This document shows positions 55,728 through 64,000 of a DNA stretch of 64,000 bases, in pieces. This stretch comes from an uncultured Clostridia bacterium. GTDB taxonomy: Bacteria; Bacillota; Clostridia; Christensenellales; UBA1242. The position numbers were made by a program, and so were the translations under genes. Each line of letters opens with the position of its first letter. The stretch's first letter is position 1. The DNA lies in contig CALWRN010000049.1 in the NCBI GenBank assembly GCA_944383975.1, positions 4,635 through 68,634 of the forward strand. Direction: 5' to 3'. The notes below the pieces were generated by a model. That model was given only the letters and a program-made list of their open reading frames with translations. It was not told where the DNA came from and made no database searches.

Positions 55728-58607
55728 ATGAATTCAATTCTTAATAACATGATTACAAAACTTTATAATAGAACAGTTGGCTCATTTTCTGATGCAAAAT
55801 CTTCTGATCGCAGACTTCTACTTAATAAATGCTTTTTAAGTTTAGATGATATGATCACAGTTAACGAATACCATCCAGACAAAGCTAATAAAGACTTAGA
55901 GAAAAATGTTCCATCTTACATTAACAGCAAAGTAAGTTTTGAAAAACTTGCATCTTATATTGCAGGAGATAAAAACAAAGATTATGTTTTGTCAAGACTT
56001 AAAGAATTTGATAAAATTACAAACAATAAAATTGCAGATATAATTCTTTTAAACATTGATCTTCTAGCAACAGAAAAACTTGATGAGAACACTTTGGCTC
56101 ATCTTGATGTTGCACTTGACACATTACTAGACGAAGTTGCAGCAAGCCAAGGTGTTTTTGACACGCCAAAATCAACAAAAGAATATTTGGATGAAGTTAC
56201 AAATTATTTAAAACAATGCAAAAAGACAGATTCTCAAAAATATTTATCTTATACAAATGTAATTAATTCTTTACTTGGAAAACTTACTACTGAAGATATA
56301 AAAGGAATAGAAAATAATAACTGGCTTTCTATTAATGATGACTTTTCAGTAAAAAGCACTTATTCAACTGTATCTCAAGACACAGAAAACCATAGATTAA
56401 ATGAAATTGTTGGTGCAATCTATGACAATCTTGAAAATAATAACTTATTTGATAATCAAAACAAATCTTTCTTTAATGACTATCAATATATTTTAAATAT
56501 TATGAAAGACAACTATGACTCATTGATTAAAGAAATTGATGATGAAAAAGATGTCAATAATAATCTTAGTGAAAATCAAAAAGAGTTTGTTTCTTTGGTT
56601 ACTACTGCACTTCTTGCAAGAGAACTTTCTTTAACTGCTTCTGTTGATAAAGCAAATCTATTATCAAATAACCTTGTGTTGTTTGCAAAAAGATCTTATG
56701 AAAAAATTAAAGATGAATTAGTTGATGGCAACAACGAAAAAATCACAGATACTATGGAAAACTTGCTAAGAAAAGCCCTTAAAATTGCCAATAAAATTAA
56801 CAACACTAAATTTAACACAGATATAAAAGATTATGATGAATTGTTGCTTGCTATTCAAGGACCAACAAAAATAAAAACAATTCAATCCCCTGTTGTAAAA
56901 ACAAATGACTCAAAACTCAAACCTAAAACAAAAAATAAATATGTTTCTGATGTTCTTGAAAATCTAGTAAAAATTATTTATGAAAAAGATAAAATTTATA
57001 CAAAAGAATTGTCAGCTTTAAGAAAAGTAGATCTTAATAAGAGATTGGTAAATGATAAAAAAGAACTTATTGAAGAATACGCAAGAAAATATCTTTCTAA
57101 TGATGACAAAGAATATCTTGAATATAAATATAAAACAGCATTCAAAAACGGAGAAAAACTTAGCATTGATTACTCAAATAAAGAACTTCTTAAAACTATT
57201 TTGGAAAAAACAGAAAGTTCTATTATTAATGAAAAAGCTCAATTTGGTAACTTCCTTGCTTTAATGAAAAAAGATATGATAACAAGAATAGCAAAAGATA
57301 TTATCACATCTTCCAACAAAAAAACATTTATTGATAAATTTAATAAGATTTTAAATGATAATGTTTCTAATGTTAAATTTGCCTCTAACATCACAGAAGT
57401 TATGGAAGAACTTTATGACCTTTCATCAAACTTAGTTTCACCTGTAGTTAAAGATATTGAAGTTCCTTACACATTCCTCAACCCTAGTGTTATTAAAAAA
57501 TCTATTGTTGAAGACTCAAAACAAGAAAGTCCAAAATATCCAAATCTATTCAATATAGTTAAATTTTCTCAAAAACTTGATAAAGAATCTGCAAAAGATG
57601 TTACTCTTAAACAACTTCAAGAACTTAAAGATGAAATTAACAAAATGCAGTCCCCTTCAAAGAATATCTTGAATAAAATTGACAGCTTGATTGAAAAAAT
57701 TGAAGATCCTATAACATCAAAACAAGAAAGAGAAGAAATTAAAAAGATGCTTAAAAACTTGTCTTATGAAATTAAAAAGGCAAAAGAAGATTACAAAGGC
57801 AAAAGAATTGATATGGTTGACAAGATTACTAAGTTACCTGGTGTTCTTAATGCAATTAAATTTGAAAACCCTAAGGTTTCTCTCTTAAATATTGTTGCAA
57901 AACTAAACAATAAAGATCTCTTAGAACAATTATCAACTGATTTGGCTCAATTATCGTTATCAAACAGAGAATACATTAAACAAAAATACAATATTACTCT
58001 TAAAGATAAGTTAACAAAAGATGAACTTGATGAGTTTAACAAAAAGTTTGACACTGTTTCAATTATCTCTGTAAATGAAAAGAATAAAAAACATCTTAAA
58101 AATCATATATCAGACGAAATTGATGAATACATTTTGACAAATAAAGATTTAAGTGCTGAAAAACAATATCTTTTATATGAATTATGCAAAAAAGCAAAAC
58201 TTTTAATAGACTTTGGTTTTAAAGTTAAAAAACAAGATAGTGAAACCATTGAAAAACTTAGAAAAACAGTAAATGAAATGTTTAGTTATGATGCTGCAAC
58301 TGCACAACTTATAAATAAAGAAATTGATAAAGCTTTGCAAGATGTAGAATTTTCTAAGATTAACATTCAAAATGTTTATTTAATTCAAAACATCAAAAAT
58401 GCATTATTCAAATACAATGTAGATACAGAAGTTTCTAAAGAAATAATTTCTAAATTAAAAGAAATTAAAACAAATTTAGATAAAGAAGAAATAATCAATG
58501 AATATAAACCTGTATTTACAAATCAAAAAGACTTCGCAGAATTTTCTGACATGGTTAATGAACTTAATGTAGCAGAATTTGATATAGTAGATTATGAAAG
58601 AGACTAA
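55728..58607 (+). CDS. Large K/E/N/D-rich hypothetical protein, probably cytoplasmic and coiled-coil rich
   Basis: 959-aa ORF with RBS GGAGG 7 nt upstream. No TM or signal sequence and no recognised domain. It has its own terminator. Confidence 0.6.
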   Translation: MNSILNNMITKLYNRTVGSFSDAKSSDRRLLLNKCFLSLDDMITVNEYHPDKANKDLEKNVPSYINSKVSFEKLASYIAGDKNKDYVLSRLKEFDKITNNKIADIILLNIDLLATEKLDENTLAHLDVALDTLLDEVAASQGVFDTPKSTKEYLDEVTNYLKQCKKTDSQKYLSYTNVINSLLGKLTTEDIKGIENNNWLSINDDFSVKSTYSTVSQDTENHRLNEIVGAIYDNLENNNLFDNQNKSFFNDYQYILNIMKDNYDSLIKEIDDEKDVNNNLSENQKEFVSLVTTALLARELSLTASVDKANLLSNNLVLFAKRSYEKIKDELVDGNNEKITDTMENLLRKALKIANKINNTKFNTDIKDYDELLLAIQGPTKIKTIQSPVVKTNDSKLKPKTKNKYVSDVLENLVKIIYEKDKIYTKELSALRKVDLNKRLVNDKKELIEEYARKYLSNDDKEYLEYKYKTAFKNGEKLSIDYSNKELLKTILEKTESSIINEKAQFGNFLALMKKDMITRIAKDIITSSNKKTFIDKFNKILNDNVSNVKFASNITEVMEELYDLSSNLVSPVVKDIEVPYTFLNPSVIKKSIVEDSKQESPKYPNLFNIVKFSQKLDKESAKDVTLKQLQELKDEINKMQSPSKNILNKIDSLIEKIEDPITSKQEREEIKKMLKNLSYEIKKAKEDYKGKRIDMVDKITKLPGVLNAIKFENPKVSLLNIVAKLNNKDLLEQLSTDLAQLSLSNREYIKQKYNITLKDKLTKDELDEFNKKFDTVSIISVNEKNKKHLKNHISDEIDEYILTNKDLSAEKQYLLYELCKKAKLLIDFGFKVKKQDSETIEKLRKTVNEMFSYDAATAQLINKEIDKALQDVEFSKINIQNVYLIQNIKNALFKYNVDTEVSKEIISKLKEIKTNLDKEEIINEYKPVFTNQKDFAEFSDMVNELNVAEFDIVDYERD

Positions 58608-58654
58608 TTCTTATAATATCATACAATTTTATTTACAAAAATTTAATTAAAAGA

Positions 58655-58684
58655 AAAAGACATGAAAATTCATGTCTTTTTTTA
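58655..58684. terminator. Bidirectional terminator between convergent genes
   Basis: AAGACATGAA-aatt-CATGTCTT flanked by A and T runs. Confidence 0.65.
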
Positions 58685-58794
58685 TTATTAATTTTTAATA
58701 AATTATTTTTTATTTTTAATTTAATTATTAATTTATCTTAATTAATTTATTTTTTATTTATTTTTATTTTAAATTTTATTTATTTTTTATTTAA

Positions 58795-61620
58795 TTAATT
58801 ATTTAATAATTTTTTTAAATATTTACCAGTATAAGATTTTTCATTTTTAGCAACTTCTTCTGGTGTGCCTGTGGCTACCACTTCACCACCACCACTTCCA
58901 CCTTCTGGACCTAAGTCAATTATATAATCAGCTGATTTTATAACATCTAGATTGTGCTCAATAACAACAACAGTATTCCCCGCTTCTACAAGTCTATTAA
59001 GTATGGCTATTAATTTTCTAACATCATACATATGAAGTCCTGTAGTAGGTTCATCTAACAAATAAATTGTCTTTCCTGTTGACTTTTTGGAAAGTTCTGT
59101 TGCAAGTTTTACTCTCTGAGCTTCCCCTCCAGAAAGTGTAGTTGCTGATTGTCCTAATGTTATATAATCAAGTCCAACATCATGAAGTGCTTGAATTTTG
59201 TTTTTTATTGATGGAATATTCTCAAAAAATTTCAATGCCTCTTCAACCGTCATATCTAGAATTTCTGAAATATTTTTACCTTTATATCGGACTTCCAATG
59301 TTTCACGATTATATCTCTTTCCCTTACAAACTTCACATGGAACAACTATATCAGGCAAAAAATACATTTCTATTTCTTTAACACCTGCACCTTCACAAGC
59401 ATCACATCTTCCACCCTTAACATTAAAACTAAATCTTCCTGCTTTATATCCCCTTGCTTTAGCATCAGGCAATGTTGCAAATAAATCTCTTATAAATGAA
59501 AACATGCCAACATAGGTTGCAGGATTAGATCTTGGAGTTCTTCCTATTGGTGACTGATCAATGTTGATTACCTTATCAAGTTCTTTTACGTTTTCTATCT
59601 TATCAAAATGCCCAAGTTCCAACCTGCTATTATTTAGCTCATTAGATAAATAAGGATAAACTATTTCATTTAACAAAGATGATTTTCCACTTCCAGAAAC
59701 ACCTGTTATACATGTAAATACTCCAAGTGGAATATCTACATTTATATTCTTTAAGTTGTTTTCTTTTGCACCTTTAACTTTTAAATATTTCTTTGGTTTT
59801 CTTCGTTCTTTTGGAACTTCAATCTTTTCTTCACCAGTTAAAAACTTTGCTGTTATTGAATTGTTTGATTTTATTATATCTTCGTATGTTCCATTTCCAA
59901 CAATTTCTCCACCATGTACTCCAGCAAAAGGGCCTACATCAACTATCCAATCAGCAGCCCTAATCGTATCTTCATCATGCTCTACTACTATAAGTGTATT
60001 TCCTAAATCTCTTAAATTTTTTAATGTTTGAATTAGCCTGTCGTTGTCTCTTTGATGAAGCCCAATACTTGGTTCATCAAGAATATACAAGACGCCAGAT
60101 AATCCCGAGCCAATCTGAGTTGCAAGTCTTATTCTTTGAGATTCACCACCTGACAATGTTTCTGCAGAGCGTGATAGGGTTAAATAATTTAATCCAACGT
60201 CAAACAAAAATTTTAATCTGCTCTTAATTTCTTTTAATATACTTTTTGCAATTTCTTCCTTTTCCTTTGATAATTTTAAATCATCAAAATAGGTCAATAA
60301 ATCACCAACCGGCATATCACAAATCTCAGAGATATTTTTACCTTTAATTTTAACTGATAACGCACTTTCGTTTAATCTTTTACCTTTACATTGAGGACAA
60401 GTAACCTCTTTTATAAACTTGCCTATTTCAAACCTTACAAAATCGCTTTTACTTTCTGCCAATCTTCTTCTTAAATTATTTACAATTCCCTCAAAAGATA
60501 AAGCTTTTTTACCATTAAAATGCTCAAAAGTTTTGTTTTTGCGTTCATCTCCAAATAAATCTAATGTCTCTCCATTATTACCATACAATAATATATTTAA
60601 TTGGCTTTTTGGCAATTTGTTTAATGGGCAATCTAGGTCAATATTATATTTTTTAGATAAAGCCTGAAAATATCTATCTGCAACTTCACCTTTCCAGCCA
60701 TTTATGTTAAAGGCACCTTCATTAATTGATAAATTTCCGTTTTCCAATATTAAATTTTCTGATATATCAGAATATACACCAAGCCCCAAACACTTTGGAC
60801 AAGCACCATAAGGGGCATTAAAAGAAAATAATCTTGGCGTAATCTCTTCAAGTGTCCACCCACAATATGGGCAAGAATAATTAGTGCTAAAGAGTTGCTC
60901 TTCTCCATCTTTATCTATTATAACAAGCCCGTCTGCTAATTTTACTGCAGTTTCTATACTATCAGTTAGTCTTGAGATTATATTATCTTTTAAAATAATT
61001 CTGTCAATCACAACTTTTATATCATGTTTAACATTTTTATCCAAAATAATATCTTCATCTAACGAATATATACTTCCATCTACTTGAACTCTTACATATC
61101 CTGATTTCTTTAAACTCTCAAACTGTTTTGCAAATGCACCCTTTTGTCCTCTCACAATTGGAGCCATTATAGTAAGTTTACTTCCCATAGGATATGAATT
61201 TATAACATCAACAATTTGATCAACAGTTTGCTGAGCAATAGGTTTATTACAATGTGGGCAATAAGGAACACCTACTCTTGCAAAAAGTAATCTTAAATAA
61301 TCATAAATTTCGGTAACCGTCCCCACTGTAGAACGAGGGTTATGATTTGTTGTCTTTTGATCTATTGATATTGCAGGACTCAATCCAACAATAGACTCTA
61401 CATCAGGCTTTTGAGCCTGTCCTAAAAATTGACGAGCATAAGAAGATAAACTTTCAATATATCTTCTTTGTCCTTCAGCAAAAATAGTTCCAAAAGCTAA
61501 ACTTGACTTGCCTGATCCACTAACTCCGGTAAAAACAACAAGTTTATTTTTTGGAAATTCTAAACTAATATTTTTTAAATTATTCTCTTTTGCACCTTTA
61601 ATAATGATTGAATCTTTCAT
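58795..61620 (-). CDS. uvrA: Excinuclease ABC subunit A
   Basis: Begins [38 protein letters not shown]. Has two ABC modules ([24 protein letters not shown]) and zinc modules [21 protein letters not shown] and CDACEGAG. The likely start is the ATG at 61620. Confidence 0.95.
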   Translation of the reverse strand: MKDSIIIKGAKENNLKNISLEFPKNKLVVFTGVSGSGKSSLAFGTIFAEGQRRYIESLSSYARQFLGQAQKPDVESIVGLSPAISIDQKTTNHNPRSTVGTVTEIYDYLRLLFARVGVPYCPHCNKPIAQQTVDQIVDVINSYPMGSKLTIMAPIVRGQKGAFAKQFESLKKSGYVRVQVDGSIYSLDEDIILDKNVKHDIKVVIDRIILKDNIISRLTDSIETAVKLADGLVIIDKDGEEQLFSTNYSCPYCGWTLEEITPRLFSFNAPYGACPKCLGLGVYSDISENLILENGNLSINEGAFNINGWKGEVADRYFQALSKKYNIDLDCPLNKLPKSQLNILLYGNNGETLDLFGDERKNKTFEHFNGKKALSFEGIVNNLRRRLAESKSDFVRFEIGKFIKEVTCPQCKGKRLNESALSVKIKGKNISEICDMPVGDLLTYFDDLKLSKEKEEIAKSILKEIKSRLKFLFDVGLNYLTLSRSAETLSGGESQRIRLATQIGSGLSGVLYILDEPSIGLHQRDNDRLIQTLKNLRDLGNTLIVVEHDEDTIRAADWIVDVGPFAGVHGGEIVGNGTYEDIIKSNNSITAKFLTGEEKIEVPKERRKPKKYLKVKGAKENNLKNINVDIPLGVFTCITGVSGSGKSSLLNEIVYPYLSNELNNSRLELGHFDKIENVKELDKVINIDQSPIGRTPRSNPATYVGMFSFIRDLFATLPDAKARGYKAGRFSFNVKGGRCDACEGAGVKEIEMYFLPDIVVPCEVCKGKRYNRETLEVRYKGKNISEILDMTVEEALKFFENIPSIKNKIQALHDVGLDYITLGQSATTLSGGEAQRVKLATELSKKSTGKTIYLLDEPTTGLHMYDVRKLIAILNRLVEAGNTVVVIEHNLDVIKSADYIIDLGPEGGSGGGEVVATGTPEEVAKNEKSYTGKYLKKLLNN

Positions 61621-61626
61621 GCAATT

Positions 61627-61655
61627 ATTATACCACAAAATAAAATATCTAACAA
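61627..61655 (-). promoter_or_regulatory. uvrA promoter with extended -10 placed 6 nt from the ATG (leaderless candidate)
   Basis: The minus strand reads TTGTTA (61655-61650), 17 nt, TGgTATAAT (-10 at 61632-61627), then AATTGC and ATG. No RBS. Confidence 0.45.
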
Positions 61656-61721
61656 TTATATTGATAATTAAAAATTAAAAACTCTTTTATAGCAATGGTT
61701 ATAAAATAAAAAATTTATTAT

Positions 61722-61756
61722 AAAAAAACAGTCAGAAAATTGGTGACTGTTTTTTA
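61722..61756 (-). terminator. Rho-independent terminator after the 272-aa gene
   Basis: ACAGTCA-gaaaattgg-TGACTGT flanked by A7 and T5. Confidence 0.6.
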
Positions 61757-61759
61757 TTT

Positions 61760-62578
61760 TTAAGGAAGATTTGGAAAATCAAAATATGCATTTTGTTGAA
61801 AGTTAAGTGTTTCACTTAAATTTGTAAGTTTCTCTAAATATCCATAATTATTAAAGAAAATCTTATAATCTGAATTTGTATTTTCAAATAAATACTCCCC
61901 ATCTTTAAAGTTTATAATGTAATTATTGTCAGAAAATATAGAATTATAAATTCCATTTACAAAATTTTGTGCCAAATTTAGATTACTATCATAAACCTGA
62001 TCGCTATTTAATGTTTCCCAAAATTGTTCTTTTGTCATCTTTCTATCAGTTGTATATTCATTGGTTAAACAATCGTATACTCTATAAATATCATCTGTAT
62101 AAAAAATTTTATTATATATATCATTATTTTTATACTCTATATATCCGCCATCTTCATTTAAGTATAATGTATTATCATTCTCTTTAACCAAAATACTATT
62201 TGTAAAATTTACTAAACCATTATAAAATATTTCTTTAAAAGAATCTTTATTATATACAAATACATTAAATGTTAATGAAGAATCTTGATATTTTAATTTA
62301 ATTTCATATACACCTTCTTTTGACGAGTTGAATGCACTTAAATCCAATTCATAATCTTCTATTTTGTTAACATGACCTTCGCTATTTTCATAATAAACAT
62401 CTAAGCTTTCTTTATTAAACTCTTCTCCTATTTCATAATATATTTGAATTTTACCCTGATTTATCGCTAAAAATGGTTCTTTTCTTTTTAAACTATCCAC
62501 AATAATAAGAGAAATAAACAAAGCACAAATCAAAAAAATAATTACAGATAACATAATTACCTTATTTTTTTTACTCAT
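61760..62578 (-). CDS. N-terminally anchored membrane protein with Ig-like domain
   Basis: 272 aa with TM helix VIMLSVIIFLICALFISLIIV. The segment YELDLSAFNSSKEGVYEIKLKYQDSSLTFNVFV resembles bacterial Ig-like (Big_3-type) domains. Confidence 0.55.
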   Translation of the reverse strand: MSKKNKVIMLSVIIFLICALFISLIIVDSLKRKEPFLAINQGKIQIYYEIGEEFNKESLDVYYENSEGHVNKIEDYELDLSAFNSSKEGVYEIKLKYQDSSLTFNVFVYNKDSFKEIFYNGLVNFTNSILVKENDNTLYLNEDGGYIEYKNNDIYNKIFYTDDIYRVYDCLTNEYTTDRKMTKEQFWETLNSDQVYDSNLNLAQNFVNGIYNSIFSDNNYIINFKDGEYLFENTNSDYKIFFNNYGYLEKLTNLSETLNFQQNAYFDFPNLP

Positions 62579-62629
62579 ATTTTTCTCCTTCTTAAGTAAA
62601 TTATATCGCTTTTTATTAAAAAATTAAAG

Positions 62630-64000
62630 TTACTTTGCCTTACTTAATTTTTTTCTTAGTTCTTGTATCTGATTTCTCAATTCTATAGCTCTTTCAAAAT
62701 CTAATGAACTTGAAGCAACTTTCATCATTGCAGTAAGTTTTTCTATTTCTGCAGGTATTTCCTCTTTCTTTAATTTCTTTTCATCTACTTTCTTTGTGAT
62801 TTCAAGTGTATTTTTTATATCTTTTATTATTGTTTTAGGTGTAATATTGTGCTCTTTGTTATATTTTTCCTGAATCTCTCTACGTTTTTGAGTAATGTCT
62901 ATCGCTCTTTTCATTGAATCGTTTATAATATCTGCATACATTATAACCCTTCCATTTGCATTTCTAGCTGCTCTTCCAATAGTTTGAATTAACGCACCTT
63001 CACTACGTAAAAATCCTTCCTTATCAGCATCTAAAATGCAAACCAACTCTACCTCTGGCATATCAAGTCCCTCTCTTAGCAAGTTTATTCCTACAAGAAC
63101 ATCAAACTCTCCAGCTCTTAATCCATTGACAATTTCAACTCTTTCCATTGTGTCAATTTCAGAATGCATATATTTTGTTTTAAAATTGTGCTCTTGCAAA
63201 TATGTTGTTAAACTTTCTGCCATCTTTTTGGTAAGTGTTGTAACTAACACTCTAGCTTTTCGCTCTATTGTTTTTCTAATTTCAACCATTAAATCTTCTA
63301 TTTGATTTTTTATTGGTTTAACTTCAATCTTTGGATCTAACAATCCAGTTGGTCTTATGACTTGCTCAACAACTTGTCCTGCTCTTGAAAGCTCATATTG
63401 TGATGGAGTGGCTGAAACATACATAACTTGGCCTAATTTTGAATTAAACTCATCAAAAGTCAAAGGTCTATTGTCTTTTGCAGCTGGCAATCTGAAACCA
63501 AAATCAACCAACGATTGTTTTCTTGCCTTATCTCCATTATACATTGCACGAATTTGAGGTAAAGTCATATGGCTTTCGTCAATAATAGTTAAAAACCCTT
63601 TAGGGAAATAATCTATTAATGTATAAGGCGGCTCGCCTGGTTGTCTTCCGTCAAAATATCTAGAATAATTTTCTATACCACTGCAATATCCGACTTCTCT
63701 CATCATTTCTATATCATAAGACACCCTCTGCCCTATACGTTCTGCTTCAATCAGTTTTCCACTATCTTCAAATTCTTTTATTGCTTTTTGTCTGTCTTTT
63801 TCAATTTGCTCTAAAGCAATTTCCATTCTATTTCTTCCGACTGCATAATGGGTCGCTGGATAAATTGCAACATATTTTAATTCGTTTATCAAATTTCCAC
63901 TAACCGGCTCAAAATTATAAATTTTTTCTATTTCATCGCCAAAAAACAAGACTCTTATTGCCATTTCAGATTGATTGGCTGGGAATATATCTAATGTATC
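62630..64000 (-). CDS. uvrB: Excinuclease ABC subunit B, 3' part (gene continues beyond the window end)
   Basis: Helicase motifs DESHMTLPQ, YVSATP and QTIGRAARN are present, with a C-terminal UVR domain LEKLTAMMKVASSSLDFERAIELRNQI. The frame stays open to position 64000 (..DTLDIFPANQSEMAIRV..), so the ORF-track start at 63964 is internal. Confidence 0.93.
   Translation of the reverse strand, partial: DTLDIFPANQSEMAIRVLFFGDEIEKIYNFEPVSGNLINELKYVAIYPATHYAVGRNRMEIALEQIEKDRQKAIKEFEDSGKLIEAERIGQRVSYDIEMMREVGYCSGIENYSRYFDGRQPGEPPYTLIDYFPKGFLTIIDESHMTLPQIRAMYNGDKARKQSLVDFGFRLPAAKDNRPLTFDEFNSKLGQVMYVSATPSQYELSRAGQVVEQVIRPTGLLDPKIEVKPIKNQIEDLMVEIRKTIERKARVLVTTLTKKMAESLTTYLQEHNFKTKYMHSEIDTMERVEIVNGLRAGEFDVLVGINLLREGLDMPEVELVCILDADKEGFLRSEGALIQTIGRAARNANGRVIMYADIINDSMKRAIDITQKRREIQEKYNKEHNITPKTIIKDIKNTLEITKKVDEKKLKKEEIPAEIEKLTAMMKVASSSLDFERAIELRNQIQELRKKLSKAK

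Overview
Very AT-rich chromosomal segment from a Bacillota-like bacterium using the standard genetic code (TGA acts as a stop; long ORFs are intact under code 11). Most of it is housekeeping. Recognisable genes are alr, a ZIP transporter, rnhB, a dGTPase-like HD protein, tRNA-Arg(ACG), a U32 peptidase, ndk, cls, an ABC-F ATPase, glyQS behind a T-box, two YugP-like Zn-peptidases, rsmH, nrdDG with NrdR boxes, metG, a YycJ-like MBL hydrolase, uvrA and partial uvrB. Three very large ORFs stand out: a 3489-aa N-terminally anchored surface protein, a 1275-aa Upf1-like helicase with a nuclease-like tail, and a 959-aa K/E/N-rich orphan.

The main finding is that the class B penicillin-binding protein gene of the rsmH-ftsL-pbp cluster is split exactly at its KTG active-site motif by a ~9.5-kb insertion (about 33758..43294). 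The insertion is bounded by an 11-bp direct repeat and 23-bp imperfect terminal inverted repeats. It carries two tandem, overlapping large serine recombinases, a small upstream ORF, a BspA/DUF285-type surface protein, a YolD plus Y-family polymerase cassette and one orphan gene. It has no phage or conjugation genes. Joining the flanks restores one ~635-aa SpoVD-like ORF, so this looks like a skin/SPbeta-style intervening element in a cell-wall synthesis gene.

Secondary observations:
- The glyQS T-box appears to have a truncated Stem I with the GGC specifier in a terminal loop.
- An A16 tract lies inside the U32 gene.
- Several intergenic islands contain only A/T, some with phased T-tracts.
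- uvrA and the MBL gene look leaderless or nearly so.

All calls come from reading the sequence and ORF translations by eye. No database search was run.
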